Made by a program: the position numbers and the translations under genes
Notes under the pieces: generated by a model
What the model was told of the DNA's origin: nothing
What the model saw: only the letters and a program-made list of their open reading frames with translations
Databases searched by the model: none
Virus record (IMG/VR): IMGVR_UViG_3300028840_003497
Location: 64,001 to 128,000 of that record
Direction: 5' to 3' (one strand)
DNA from: a virus
DNA: 64,000 nt
In this document: positions 20,728 to 31,038 of the stretch, in pieces
How positions within the stretch are numbered: position 1 is the stretch's first letter
How the letters are laid out: the number at the start of each line of letters is the position of its first letter

Positions 20728-21207
20728 TTAACGCTCCACCTTATATACCACGTCAACTTTTTTTGATAATTGCATCCCGGCATCTAGGCATTCCACAGAC
20801 GCCCTGTCATCATCAAGACTTGTGAGATCACACCCACTCTTGCCCCCCGATAACAACCTGTCGGCTAAATCAATCTCCTGCTGGGGAGACATGACAAGCA
20901 AAGTTCTCCCGTTTATCAATTCAGCATCTCTTTCAAGACGGGCCTTCAGCTCCTCTTTATTGACATATTCTCTCCGTCGAATAACGGCCTCAAACTCCGC
21001 ATGACGCCTATCTGATTCCTTCTTAATCTCCCGATCAACCTCCTCCGCTGTCCCCATAATAACAACAGAACTAAAACAACGAAACTGACCCTCGTTGCTC
21101 CACTGCTTCGCCTCCTCTTCGCTCGAAACAGCATATCCGACAGGCTCCGGAGATGATCTCATTGTCAGATCCTGGTCCTCCATCAAAACATAAACTTCAT
21201 TCATCTC
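20728..21207 (-). CDS. hypothetical protein
   Basis: ORF in a coupled run. Confidence 0.5.
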   Translation of the reverse strand, partial: EMNEVYVLMEDQDLTMRSSPEPVGYAVSSEEEAKQWSNEGQFRCFSSVVIMGTAEEVDREIKKESDRRHAEFEAVIRRREYVNKEELKARLERDAELINGRTLLVMSPQQEIDLADRLLSGGKSGCDLTSLDDDRASVECLDAGMQLSKKVDVVYKVER

Positions 21208-21488
21208 ATAACCCCGCTTTCTTGATCCGCTCACATAAGGCTACAAGCTCATTTTGCAGTTTGAACAATTCCCTAGAGTGCTCGGCAAGCTCTTTAGAAT
21301 ATTCAGACAATTCTGTCTTGAGATCATCCCGTTCCGCCTCCGCTTTATCAGCCCTGGCAGTCTCTGCGTCGATATCCCTTGCATCGTTAATCGCCAAAAG
21401 AAGCAGCATTTGCTCCGCCACGGGCTCAAGCTCGTCTGCCCACTCTTCCAGTTCTTTTATATCCCTTTCAAGCATCTCCCACCTCTCG

Positions 21489-22850
21489 TCACCCCGCCTT
21501 CATGTTGAGGATCGGCTTCACCCGCTCAATAATCTTCGCCGTCGGGCCAATGGCCGCCTCTATCACCTCAGAGGGCTTGTACGCTCCCGGAGATTCGTCC
21601 AGAGGAAGCACCGAGGAGTAGATGCCCTCCATCTGCTTCTTGGCGTCAGAAAGCGCCAGGGTTCGCTTAGCCTCGGACCTGGAGAACAACCGTCCGGCCC
21701 CATGGGGAGCTGATCGATTCCACTCATGGTTTCCGAGCCCCTCGCAGATCAACGTGCCGTCCCGCATATTGAAAGGCAGGATCACCTGTTCACCCTCGTG
21801 CGCGCGTATGGCCCCTTTCCGAATTACCAAATCCTTGAAGTCAATATAATTGTGGACCGTCTCGATCCGGGCCTGTCTATTGTCACTCTTAACGCCAAGA
21901 ATATCGAGGCATTCGCGCATGATGCAGTCACGGTTACGCTCTGCATACGCCTGCGCGAAAACCATATCCCAAAGGTACCCGTAAAAATCATCGCCCTCTA
22001 AGAAATCAAGAGTGGATCCCTTCACATTGTGCAAGCCCAGACTCTCGCGAAGATCCTTGATCGCCTTCGGGATCGCTGACCGTGGCTTCGTCGTTTCTCG
22101 GATCTTGGCAATCTTAGCCTCGTAGTCCGGTGTCATTTTTGTCTTGCGGTTCTCGGTCGCTTTCTTTTGCCAATACCGACAGATCTTCTCGCCCAGCTGC
22201 CGCGACCCGCAGTGAACAATCAGCCAGTAATCATCCCCGCCATCGACACGTCCCAGCTCAATGAAGTGATTACCTCCGCCGAGGGTTCCCTGGCTGGCCT
22301 GCGCCCGAGTAAAATCCATCCCTACTCGCTTACACATCTGCTCGAACCAAAAAGCGTTCATCTCGGGAGGGTTCGGCACATCAACAGACTCGTCCCTCGC
22401 CACCAACCCTCGCCGAAGACTATGAACCGCCCCATCGACCAAACTCCAAAACACCTCCCGTGGCCCACGAACAAGGAAACCATGAGTCCGCGAATCCTCA
22501 TGAACATTAAACCCCATCGGAACACGCTCCCGAATCTCATTGTCCAGATGCGCCATTTCAAATTGACCACTGTGGCGAAATCGTGTGCCCAACATTCCGC
22601 ACCCGATATCAACGCCAACAACAGAAGCAACAACTAGGTTCTGCAATGGCATTGTAAATCCAATGACAGAACCTTTACCAGCATGGGTATCAGGCATTAT
22701 TGCAATATGATCACCCGTATCACGAAGATCAAAAGCAGGATGATTTGTCATGGCAGTAATCTGCGAAACGCACCCCGGATCAACCTGATCTGCAAAAACC
22801 TTCGCAGATGAATATTTTCCATCTATCTCAAACATCATCTTCCTCTCCAT
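21489..22850 (-). CDS. rtcB: RtcB RNA ligase
   Basis: MPDTHAG, VGVDIGCG, GGGNHFIE, HCGSR, HN, RKGA, PHGAGR, DESPGAYK. Confidence 0.95.
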   Translation of the reverse strand: MERKMMFEIDGKYSSAKVFADQVDPGCVSQITAMTNHPAFDLRDTGDHIAIMPDTHAGKGSVIGFTMPLQNLVVASVVGVDIGCGMLGTRFRHSGQFEMAHLDNEIRERVPMGFNVHEDSRTHGFLVRGPREVFWSLVDGAVHSLRRGLVARDESVDVPNPPEMNAFWFEQMCKRVGMDFTRAQASQGTLGGGNHFIELGRVDGGDDYWLIVHCGSRQLGEKICRYWQKKATENRKTKMTPDYEAKIAKIRETTKPRSAIPKAIKDLRESLGLHNVKGSTLDFLEGDDFYGYLWDMVFAQAYAERNRDCIMRECLDILGVKSDNRQARIETVHNYIDFKDLVIRKGAIRAHEGEQVILPFNMRDGTLICEGLGNHEWNRSAPHGAGRLFSRSEAKRTLALSDAKKQMEGIYSSVLPLDESPGAYKPSEVIEAAIGPTAKIIERVKPILNMKAG

Positions 22851-22904
22851 CCGCCATCTTAGCGACGATCACACAAGGGACATTACCATGCTACGCAGGG
22901 TTTA

Positions 22905-23261
22905 TCAACCTACCTGCTCAAAGTTTACGGTCACCATTTCCCCCTCCCAAACGAGACCGACACGCGATAAGTCGAGAGAGTCCTGTTCGAAGTGGAACGG
23001 TGGAATATCTCCACTGACCCACCCAGTGCTGCACGCCTCTAACCACGCATTTTGCATGATCTGTGGGAGTCTCCCGTGGAGAAAGGCCGTTGTGATTAAA
23101 TCGTACCGGAAGCCAGCGTCGTTCAGCTTCTGCTCGAACAGATGGAACATCTTCCACAACTCGCCAGGATGTAAGAGCCACTGATCGAGGAGCGCCGCAG
23201 GGACCGACATGACCCCACGCACTCTCGTTTTTCCGTCCAGTATTTCATCCATCGTCGGCAT
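22905..23261 (-). CDS. hypothetical protein
   Basis: ORF in a coupled run. Confidence 0.5.
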   Translation of the reverse strand: MPTMDEILDGKTRVRGVMSVPAALLDQWLLHPGELWKMFHLFEQKLNDAGFRYDLITTAFLHGRLPQIMQNAWLEACSTGWVSGDIPPFHFEQDSLDLSRVGLVWEGEMVTVNFEQVG

Positions 23262-23491
23262 CGACTACCCCTTTCCTTAAGGCCCGCATATGCGCGAGCC
23301 TCTTCGAGAATTGCATCTTTCTTTCATCCGGCCAATCCGCGCTCACAGTCCGAAGATGCTGATGCACTGAATTAAACAGAACTGCATACACATCCACGTT
23401 TGCGATCTCGGCAAACGCTACAATATTCTCAAACACATCACGCGGTATCATTAAATACGGCTGGTCATTAACATAGGCCATCCAACCTCCA

Positions 23492-23507
23492 GCGAACTCA
23501 AGTTCGC
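23492..23507. promoter_or_regulatory. 16-bp palindrome copy 4
   Basis: GCGAACTCAAGTTCGC directly before an RBS. Confidence 0.8.
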
Positions 23508-23509
23508 AG

Positions 23510-23890
23510 TTATTTATTGGTCAAACGCTCAAAAACCCTCAAGGGAATCGCAATCCAGTTCCGATCACACATGGGATCGTTGTACCCGCCCTGGATCTCG
23601 ATCGCCAGCGCAGGCTCCTTCTGGACCGCATTCGCCTCGCGCGTAATTTTTCTCAGCCATTCCCACTTGATCGGAAGACTTGCATGGATTGTTTTCTTGC
23701 ATTCGATCAGGAATCCGATCGAATCCTCCTCACAGACGGCCTCTACGCCTCTTACATCCCCCTTGGAAAAGACAGAAGATCCAGACCCGGCAACCTTCTT
23801 ACCGCCCAGCCTGCGCGCTACACGAGCCTCCTGATCATCCGGAGTTCCGTCGTCCTTCGGTAGAAACCTGTTCGGTTTGTGTCTCGCCAT
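23510..23890 (-). CDS. Hjc-like PD-(D/E)XK resolvase/nuclease
   Basis: QE.RVA..LGG....GSGS....KGDV, LIECK. Confidence 0.8.
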   Translation of the reverse strand: MARHKPNRFLPKDDGTPDDQEARVARRLGGKKVAGSGSSVFSKGDVRGVEAVCEEDSIGFLIECKKTIHASLPIKWEWLRKITREANAVQKEPALAIEIQGGYNDPMCDRNWIAIPLRVFERLTNK

Positions 23891-24303
23891 CATTGCTCCA
23901 AACATCCGCCTCATACGGATCATCATTGTCGCCACACTTCTCAACTGCAACCAGCAGATCACTCTTGCGGATATATGTCCTGGGACCGTTGTTCTGCTGA
24001 ATAATCACCCCATCCTCTGGGGCCAAAAAAGAAACAAAAGATTGCCCTTCCAGTTTCCTAACAATCGAGTCCCCCTTCTTTACACCCTTAATACATGTAT
24101 TCATCATCCATCCTTTTCAATATCCACGAGCGATACCGTGACCGAAGAAGGAAATTCGCTACTGGGATTTAGCGCCTTTAAAACCACCATCCTGCGAGAC
24201 GGAAATCTCTCGATTATATACTTATCTGTCGTTCCGATATTCTTCACGACAACCTTGTCATCGACCGAAAAATCACCAACACGCTTCCTTCTGCCTTTCG
24301 TCA

Positions 24304-26499
24304 TTACTCCTCCGCGTCTATGCCCTCCAGCATATACTTCATAAGAACCTTCTTCATTTTATCGAACACCTCTGGATTCTCAATTCTCGCGAGCGCCGAA
24401 CCCTTTTTCTGGAACTCCTCGTCACCTACAAACCATGTTTTTTTACTACCATCCTTCTTCTCACGAAAGAGGCCGTACTTCATGGCCTGATCAAGCACGT
24501 ATTTTAATTCCTCTACCATCCCCTGTCGAGCCCCGACAACACGCATAACGTAACTACCGGTAGCCTGCGAAGCCGCAGTCTTGTTCTTGATAATCTTAAA
24601 GTTCATCTGAACTTCCTTGCCAACCTCCAGTTGAAAGTTTTTCTTAAGATCTGAGTCAAACGTCTCCTTCTCCCAATTCGACGGCCACATCGAAACGATC
24701 ACTGAGGATCCAAACTTCTGCCCCATCCCAGCTGGCATGATGCTCCCTGGGCCAAACTTCGCCATCGACATACGCTCCTGGTTGATCCATATTTGTGTAA
24801 CAAGCTTTCCAAAATCACGTTTCACATCAATAACTGACGCCGTAACCTTTCTCACGAATTTATTAATCAGCTTGGCCTGCGCCGCTCTCTGCTCGTCCTC
24901 CGTGCTTGCCTCCACCTCGATGCTCGGTGTCATCGCCGCTACCGAATCCAAGATAAAGAGATCAATCGCTCCAGTTCTCATCATTTCGTCGTAGAGGTCG
25001 ATTCCCTCCTCTGCCGTCGAAGGGTCAACGACAAGCAGAAGCCGCGTATCCACTCCAACGCGCTTAGCCCATGCAAGATCTAGGGTACCCTCGTGATCGA
25101 AGAACGCAACTCGAAACTCCTCGTAACTGTTTTCCTCGTACCGCTTGATGCGCTCCTTGAACGCAGTGGTCTTTTTATTCTTGGTCTTTCCGGTTTTCTC
25201 GTCGGTGACCTCGACCTCGATCTGCTTATGAGTCCCTTTCTCCCGGTTGGAGAAATCCTCCGGATACGGTACCGGCTTGAAGATTCCATTTTTATAACAG
25301 TCGCATGTTCCATGCGCCTCGTATTCAATCTCTCCTGTGTCCTCGTCAAAGCCGGTCTCCACAACCGTAATGTCATCGACGAACCGAAGGCAATTCGCAC
25401 ACAGCTTCTGAGCTATGGCACCAACGCGAAGCGCCTGCGTAGTCTTCCCAGAATTATGAACAACCAGACCATTAGCCACGTAATTATTATAGGGATATGC
25501 ACACTTGAGATCATAGGTTTCAAACTCACCCACTCTCTCGATTTTAGTAATTTCAGACTCGGCAACAACAAAACTCAAATTAGCCAGTCGATCCACTATG
25601 TGCAACGCCCCATGCTCGGACGGATCAATCAACCTAAGATTGTCAATACCATTATTATTGAAATCCTCATCCTCATGATGAACATGAATATGATCAGGAA
25701 GAACAACCAATCCATCGATCTCTGTTTTGGATTTTGTATTTAAGAAATCACGATATTTCTCAAAAGACATGCCATTCAAAAACGCCTCATATACCATCCT
25801 GGACTTCTGGATACGACGGTATGGATAATCCTTGCCCATCTTGGAACAATGAACAATCTTCACGGGAGCAATCGGGTGATACTTGACACATACACCATTC
25901 CTCGTTGTCGCTTTTTTTCTACCAACTTTTCTTGTATTATTATGCACAAAAACTTTCGAACCAACCTTTAATTCACCCAATGGACTAAACCCATCTGGCG
26001 TCATATATTTGTGATCCATTGTGCTTATCAAAAATTCCCCTGTTGACACCTCAACTCGATAGCACATTTTAACACCTGTCCTGACCACATCCAACACCTT
26101 GTTTCTCACAATACAACCATCGTGGTTCACGGACTTCACATAAAAATCAACATCCCCCCTCAGTGCAACCTTGCCGCGCATGTCCGATGCATCCACAAGT
26201 TCACCACTGAACCTCTCGTATAACCTCCGAATCGTGCCCCCTTTTTTGTTTACTACCTCCCCATCCATGGAAACAACATCATATCTCAAAAAACTATCTC
26301 CAGAGATGCACGACTCAGCACCACGAAAAATAGTCAACCTGCCAACAGGGACACCACCACCAAGAGCTACGTCAAAATTCAAGCTACCGGTCAGAAGACG
26401 ATCCATGTCATGAGGCTTCATATTAGCAGCCAACCCAATGGTTCGACCGAGCTTGTTGTTGACGGATTTTTTGAACGCTTTCAGTATCTTACCACGCAT
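24304..26499 (-). CDS. recA: RecA/UvsX recombinase, intein-containing
   Basis: TGSLNFDVALGGGVPVGR, GAES|SGKTT, LDSVAAM, INQER. Confidence 0.93.
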   Translation of the reverse strand: MRGKILKAFKKSVNNKLGRTIGLAANMKPHDMDRLLTGSLNFDVALGGGVPVGRLTIFRGAESCISGDSFLRYDVVSMDGEVVNKKGGTIRRLYERFSGELVDASDMRGKVALRGDVDFYVKSVNHDGCIVRNKVLDVVRTGVKMCYRVEVSTGEFLISTMDHKYMTPDGFSPLGELKVGSKVFVHNNTRKVGRKKATTRNGVCVKYHPIAPVKIVHCSKMGKDYPYRRIQKSRMVYEAFLNGMSFEKYRDFLNTKSKTEIDGLVVLPDHIHVHHEDEDFNNNGIDNLRLIDPSEHGALHIVDRLANLSFVVAESEITKIERVGEFETYDLKCAYPYNNYVANGLVVHNSGKTTQALRVGAIAQKLCANCLRFVDDITVVETGFDEDTGEIEYEAHGTCDCYKNGIFKPVPYPEDFSNREKGTHKQIEVEVTDEKTGKTKNKKTTAFKERIKRYEENSYEEFRVAFFDHEGTLDLAWAKRVGVDTRLLLVVDPSTAEEGIDLYDEMMRTGAIDLFILDSVAAMTPSIEVEASTEDEQRAAQAKLINKFVRKVTASVIDVKRDFGKLVTQIWINQERMSMAKFGPGSIMPAGMGQKFGSSVIVSMWPSNWEKETFDSDLKKNFQLEVGKEVQMNFKIIKNKTAASQATGSYVMRVVGARQGMVEELKYVLDQAMKYGLFREKKDGSKKTWFVGDEEFQKKGSALARIENPEVFDKMKKVLMKYMLEGIDAEE
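25453..26310 (-). mobile_element. intein (286 aa) with HNH endonuclease in the RecA P-loop
   Basis: CISGDS start, STMDHKY, VHHEDEDFNNNGIDNL, VVHN|S end. Confidence 0.92.
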
Positions 26500-26590
26500 T
26501 ACAACTCCTCCGTTTTGGGGAAAACCATCTTACCTCCATGGGCTGTGTTTTAGCAAGAAAATGATAAATAGAATTGGTCATAAATGATTG

Positions 26591-27574
26591 TCAGACCTTT
26601 ACACAAACCGACAAGTATGGCGCTGTCTTTGCCGCTTCGGACAAGACCATCTGGCCTGCCATAGCAGTCGAGCCTGGCGACCCGACCGTCAAAAACTTGT
26701 AGCCCTGCATCTGATCGTCGACGGTTCCGAGCAAGAACTTATCCTCGCGCAACTTTCCGACCAGCCGTTTGGTCCTGTCCTCGGCCACGCGCATCGACGC
26801 CTGCAACGCCGCACGAATACCGTCAAGGCTCTTTTCTTCGATCTCCAAAGGCCCCCTACCCGGCTGCGACTCTCCGGCGTACCGAATCGCAAACGATCCG
26901 TAGCACACTCGAACCAGCGGGTTCCACAGGGCCTTCCAGAATTCGACCGTAGGAGCCATCTCGACACCAACAAGCTTCCCGTTGACCAGAATTACCGCAC
27001 CGATCTGATTAGGCACCAGTTCAAACTCAGCAACGAACTCGTCAAGCTGCTTTGAATAATTATTCAGAAACAGGACAAGGTTCGAGGATCCGTGTGAGAG
27101 ACCATACCCATGGATAAACTCACCTATGGCACCCCACAGCTTGTTGTACTGCTTCTGCTTCCGCATGGCGAGAGCACTCGCACGCAACTGCGCCGGAAGA
27201 ATGAGCATATCGTGATCACCGTGAGAGATCAGACCTCCCTGGCTCTGCTGGATACACATCGCTGTGTCGATTCGCTTGGACGAGTTCCCATCCACAAATC
27301 CACCACTCCCCAGCGCGTGATCCTGCGCGGCCTGCTTAACAACCCAACCAGCCCCTGTCGGGATGATCGTCGGATTCTCACCAGGATGACGCAAATCTAC
27401 GGTACCATAATCGGATGTTCCGACACTTATTCCGCTGGGAGGATCGAAACTATCGTCCTGTACTCCACCCTCGTCAACCAGCGGAATCACCTCCATGTTT
27501 CCTACGCTCTGAGAACGCCCATGTCCGACTCCGAACAGGATGTCTTCCATCGATACGCTTTGACGTGTCGTCAT
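26591..27574 (-). CDS. ARPP/DUF6569-like protein, translationally coupled to the Ro-like gene
   Basis: NMEVIPL, AQDHAL, CIQQSQGG, Q..LW..I, QIGAVILVNGKLVGVE patterns (family recalled, not searched). Confidence 0.6.
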   Translation of the reverse strand: MTTRQSVSMEDILFGVGHGRSQSVGNMEVIPLVDEGGVQDDSFDPPSGISVGTSDYGTVDLRHPGENPTIIPTGAGWVVKQAAQDHALGSGGFVDGNSSKRIDTAMCIQQSQGGLISHGDHDMLILPAQLRASALAMRKQKQYNKLWGAIGEFIHGYGLSHGSSNLVLFLNNYSKQLDEFVAEFELVPNQIGAVILVNGKLVGVEMAPTVEFWKALWNPLVRVCYGSFAIRYAGESQPGRGPLEIEEKSLDGIRAALQASMRVAEDRTKRLVGKLREDKFLLGTVDDQMQGYKFLTVGSPGSTAMAGQMVLSEAAKTAPYLSVCVKV

Positions 27575-29175
27575 GACTCACCTCCAATCAGGGCTAGACT
27601 CTCGATGGTCGAGCCCTTCAAAGCATTCCTGACCAGGGTGTTAATGCCTGTCTCTGGATCCGTCTCCAACAGCCCGCGCAACATAGTCGTTGCGAGCGCC
27701 GCCGGGGTCCTCACCGGCATCGTAGTTGCACCCTCGATCTTATCACATAATTGCCGCACTGCGCCTCCCTCGGCAGCGAACACCGGGTTCATATGAAACA
27801 CTGGTGTCTTGATCCCGACACCACGAGCCGCCACCAGAACATCCTGGAAGCGCCCTGCAGGCGCGTTCTCGTACCCGTCCGACAGGACGTAAACCACCTC
27901 GGGCTCTCGCCCCAGAACGGCCAGGAGACCCTCAGCAAGCGAAGTGTCTCCTTGCGGCCTAACGATCCGATGATCCTCTCCAAGAACCCCTCCGCAGTAC
28001 ACAACCTCGCACTGAGACGCCGTCTTCTCCAGCATATCCCGCAGCGCCAGAGTGGCAGCCAACGGACGCAGATGCTGAGTCCTGTCCCCAGCCATAGATG
28101 CCGAACCGTCAACCACAATACCTACTCGATCATATTTGACCGGCAGAGCAGCCGCAGCAGCCTCCGCCTTCGTATCCAACGCATCGAACACCTTCTTGTC
28201 CGCTCCGTTTTCGAAAGCATATATGTATAAATCCACCGGATCGTACCGGGTGGGATCCATCTTAACTTCGACACCAGCAGCCTTGGCCCGCTTCTGAACC
28301 GTCCTACGCTCACCAGTTGTCATCGTGCCAGACGCAGCCTTCACCTTCAGAATATCCTCCGGCTTCACGCCCGGGTGGTACATGCTCCGAATACCCTCCA
28401 ACACCTCGGTCGGCAACTTCTCACCAGCCTTTATATCTATCTTCGCGTCCACGAATGCCTGGAACAACCGGATTGAAAGATCGACCCGCTTCCCGCTCAG
28501 AAAGGCCAAACACTCAACTACATACGGTTCCTTGTTCAATCCACGAAACTTGAACACGTGATCCTTGAAAATCGCTTTTTCCTTCGCCGTCCAGCGACGC
28601 CGATCCTTCTGAGCAATCGAACCGATGATACTGAACCGACGCTGCCCCCACGCATGCGCGAGTGCCCGTGCCATTTTGCCCCGGTACTTGAGCGTCCAAA
28701 GATCGAGCCGCTTCGCACCAATCAGCGAGGACAGAATAAGCTTCCGCGTCCTGGCATTGTTCGCCTTCGTGACGCCAAATTCATCTCCCTGTCCACGAAA
28801 CGCATCGAACAAACGAAACATCCTCGGTGCCGGAAGGTGATCGACCAAATGGACTAGTACTTCCCTCTCCAACTTCGGATTCAGAAAAACATCCGCATCT
28901 GGAGTACGCGGATTCGAAAGCAGCCTCCCAATTCCAATCTGACGGGCGTGGTCGGCCACCCCTGGCAGCAACAACATCGCCAAGTAAATGTCCCGGCTCA
29001 TCACGAACAACTCGCCGTGGACCGCCATCTCGGCAGCCTTCTGTTCTTCTTTCGTGTTGTAATGGGTCGCCCGGCCAAACGAAGTAGTCGCCGTGTCCAG
29101 AAAATTACACACTTTCTGGCTCGCCTCGACCGGCTGAATTTCATTCCCGCTTTTCCACAATGTGACGCTATTCAT
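27571..29175 (-). CDS. divergent Ro60/TROVE-like helical domain + vWA protein
   Basis: Basic helical N-terminal region; MIDAS VVDGSASM, GDTS, LSDGYEN; adjacent Y-like RNAs. Confidence 0.65.
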   Translation of the reverse strand: MNSVTLWKSGNEIQPVEASQKVCNFLDTATTSFGRATHYNTKEEQKAAEMAVHGELFVMSRDIYLAMLLLPGVADHARQIGIGRLLSNPRTPDADVFLNPKLEREVLVHLVDHLPAPRMFRLFDAFRGQGDEFGVTKANNARTRKLILSSLIGAKRLDLWTLKYRGKMARALAHAWGQRRFSIIGSIAQKDRRRWTAKEKAIFKDHVFKFRGLNKEPYVVECLAFLSGKRVDLSIRLFQAFVDAKIDIKAGEKLPTEVLEGIRSMYHPGVKPEDILKVKAASGTMTTGERRTVQKRAKAAGVEVKMDPTRYDPVDLYIYAFENGADKKVFDALDTKAEAAAAALPVKYDRVGIVVDGSASMAGDRTQHLRPLAATLALRDMLEKTASQCEVVYCGGVLGEDHRIVRPQGDTSLAEGLLAVLGREPEVVYVLSDGYENAPAGRFQDVLVAARGVGIKTPVFHMNPVFAAEGGAVRQLCDKIEGATTMPVRTPAALATTMLRGLLETDPETGINTLVRNALKGSTIESLALIGGES

Positions 29176-29226
29176 AACGCACCTCCAGCTCTGAAACTGT
29201 CATCAGATGTTGTGGGGATTGATAAA

Positions 29227-29290
29227 TCCGAGGGAGCGTGGAAGTCGATCTATGTTTTAATGTAACTGAAACGACTTCTCAGTCCTCGAA
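29227..29290 (-). ncRNA. Y-RNA-like element B (handle with minimal loop)
   Basis: TTCGAG/CTCGGA and GAAGTCG/CGACTTC stems; shares GAGGACT and TTCAG with elements A and C. Confidence 0.7.
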
Positions 29291-29308
29291 CGTTTAATCA
29301 GAAAAAAA

Positions 29309-29436
29309 GCGCCGAGAGAGTGGGTGAGGCATTGTGGTTGACAAAACAAGATTTGAACTTGCTACTGTCGGATTTAATGTCCGATGCTCTACCAAATGAG
29401 CTATTCGCCTGAAATGTCTCTCTAGTCCTCAGCGCC
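29309..29436 (-). ncRNA. Y-RNA-like element A enclosing a complete tRNA mimic
   Basis: GCGCTGAG/CTCGGCGC closing stem, internal cloverleaf ending ACCA, own promoter, T7 tail. Confidence 0.8.
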
Positions 29437-29441
29437 TGGGG

Positions 29442-29470
29442 AATCTAACTCCGCCCACAGCATTTGTCAA
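29442..29470 (-). promoter_or_regulatory. sigma70-type promoter for element A / Ro-like operon
   Basis: TTGACA-17-TAGATT; +1 falls at the RNA 5' end. Confidence 0.75.
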
Positions 29471-29521
29471 CATGTTTTTTTGTTTTTTCTCCTAATCAAC
29501 TGAGCGCACGCTCTCCGCTCA

Positions 29522-30550
29522 TCATCCAGCCTTCCAACTCTTCGACATCTTCAACAGGGCTTTAGCATCAGCCTTCCCCTCCGGGGTGAGCCTGTGCATG
29601 TGTTTGTCCAGAAAGTCTTTCAATATCGAATTCGGTTTCTTCTTTCGGACAAGGCTAAACTTCAGTTTTGCCACCCGATTCTGATTCACCGGCATCTCCA
29701 TCAATTTATCAGTAACCCTCTGTGGAGCTTGGATCGCGCCAGACCGAAAAACAACCTGGCCACTAACCATCGAAGGCTTGAATTTCTTCGCGATCCGCAT
29801 GGGCACTTTGTCCATGTACCCAGCGTCCTTGGCAACCACATCCTTGACCTTCAACTTATCCCAACTCTCCAAAATCTTGGACGCCGTGTACACCACATCG
29901 AAATCCCTCGGAACCTTCCGATCCCGGTCCAACTCGATAAATTCCGGCTTGAAGTTGTACGCATACTGCAGCCCATCCACCACCGACACAAAGTGGCCTC
30001 CGACGTAGACCTCACCCCTGGGTCGATCCAAAACATCTCCGTATTCGGTCGAGTGCAAAACGTCAATTTCAGGATCCAACTGCTTCTCCCTGTAGACTAT
30101 GAAATCATTACGAGGAACCTGAAACTCAATCTCGAATCCATGCAAAGTATGATCCATATCATAGACCCTGTACCCGAAACACTCGCCGAGATACGGATCG
30201 TCGTAGAACATACCGGCCAGCTTTGTGGACCCGTACCGAATAATAACATTGCAATCGTTCCGCAACAGAACCATGGAGGCCATCTTGAGACCCTCACCAT
30301 GCTTCCCGACGGCACTCGCATCTCCGCGCTTCCCGGATTCTCCGATCTTCATAAACCCGTGATCGTCAGGCAAATAGTCGTTTATCATCTTGACGCTGCA
30401 CAGTTTTGGATCCCCATCGACATCATTAACCCTCTGATCGAACGATCCAAAGTCCATAAAGTTCTGGTTAATCTCCCGAAGTGCCTCAGAAAAACCCCAG
30501 TCGGGGAGGTAGTTCCTGCTCATCCCGTACTTTATAACGTGATCATCCAA
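29522..30550 (-). CDS. GHKL-type ATP-binding protein
   Basis: ALREINQNFMD, GESGKR, GKHGEGLK, LDRDR; probable TTG start. Confidence 0.75.
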   Translation of the reverse strand: MDDHVIKYGMSRNYLPDWGFSEALREINQNFMDFGSFDQRVNDVDGDPKLCSVKMINDYLPDDHGFMKIGESGKRGDASAVGKHGEGLKMASMVLLRNDCNVIIRYGSTKLAGMFYDDPYLGECFGYRVYDMDHTLHGFEIEFQVPRNDFIVYREKQLDPEIDVLHSTEYGDVLDRPRGEVYVGGHFVSVVDGLQYAYNFKPEFIELDRDRKVPRDFDVVYTASKILESWDKLKVKDVVAKDAGYMDKVPMRIAKKFKPSMVSGQVVFRSGAIQAPQRVTDKLMEMPVNQNRVAKLKFSLVRKKKPNSILKDFLDKHMHRLTPEGKADAKALLKMSKSWKAG

Positions 30551-30554
30551 AGTC

Positions 30555-30890
30555 CTACTCCTTGTCAATACTGATCTCGGTGATCCGATCCTTGGACGCC
30601 TTGATCTTGAGAAAAACCAACCCGTCCCGGATACCTGCCTTGATCGTCCGCAGGTCGAACTGCGGAGAAACCGATATCTTCTCCGTAATGGAGAGGTCAA
30701 CCTTCTCCTCAAACTCCTCGGGAAGATCCGGAACACCGACCTCTAAATGGATCGTTCCACCACAAACCTCACTCGTCTTCGGACCGACATCCGTGTGAAT
30801 CGTCGTGTTGTCCTTGGTCGCTCCAGGCGCGGCCACCATAATTGTCAGCTCCTTGAGAGTCTCCACCCTCACCACATTGCTGTCGCTCAT
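30555..30890 (-). CDS. small heat-shock (Hsp20-like) protein
   Basis: VAAPG..K...I and FD...IKAGIRDGLVFLKI alpha-crystallin patterns. Confidence 0.7.
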   Translation of the reverse strand: MSDSNVVRVETLKELTIMVAAPGATKDNTTIHTDVGPKTSEVCGGTIHLEVGVPDLPEEFEEKVDLSITEKISVSPQFDLRTIKAGIRDGLVFLKIKASKDRITEISIDKE

Positions 30891-31009
30891 CTTTTTCTCC
30901 TTTGGAAACGTTTTGTTTTCGTAGTCAATTGATTCATGATCATATCGCGGCATCTCACCGCGCCTCTTTGTATCCAGCCAGCAGTATCTCACTGCGATCT
31001 ACAACGGTC

Positions 31010-31037
31010 ATGTTACTCACATGCGGGAGTTTGTCAA
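31010..31037 (-). promoter_or_regulatory. sigma70-type promoter
   Basis: TTGACA-16-TAACAT. Confidence 0.55.
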
Positions 31038-31038
31038 C

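Noticed and set aside
29309-29436. Stop-codon reassignment implied by the UUA anticodon
   Set aside because: Long conserved genes are intact in code 11 and end at TAA, TAG and TGA.
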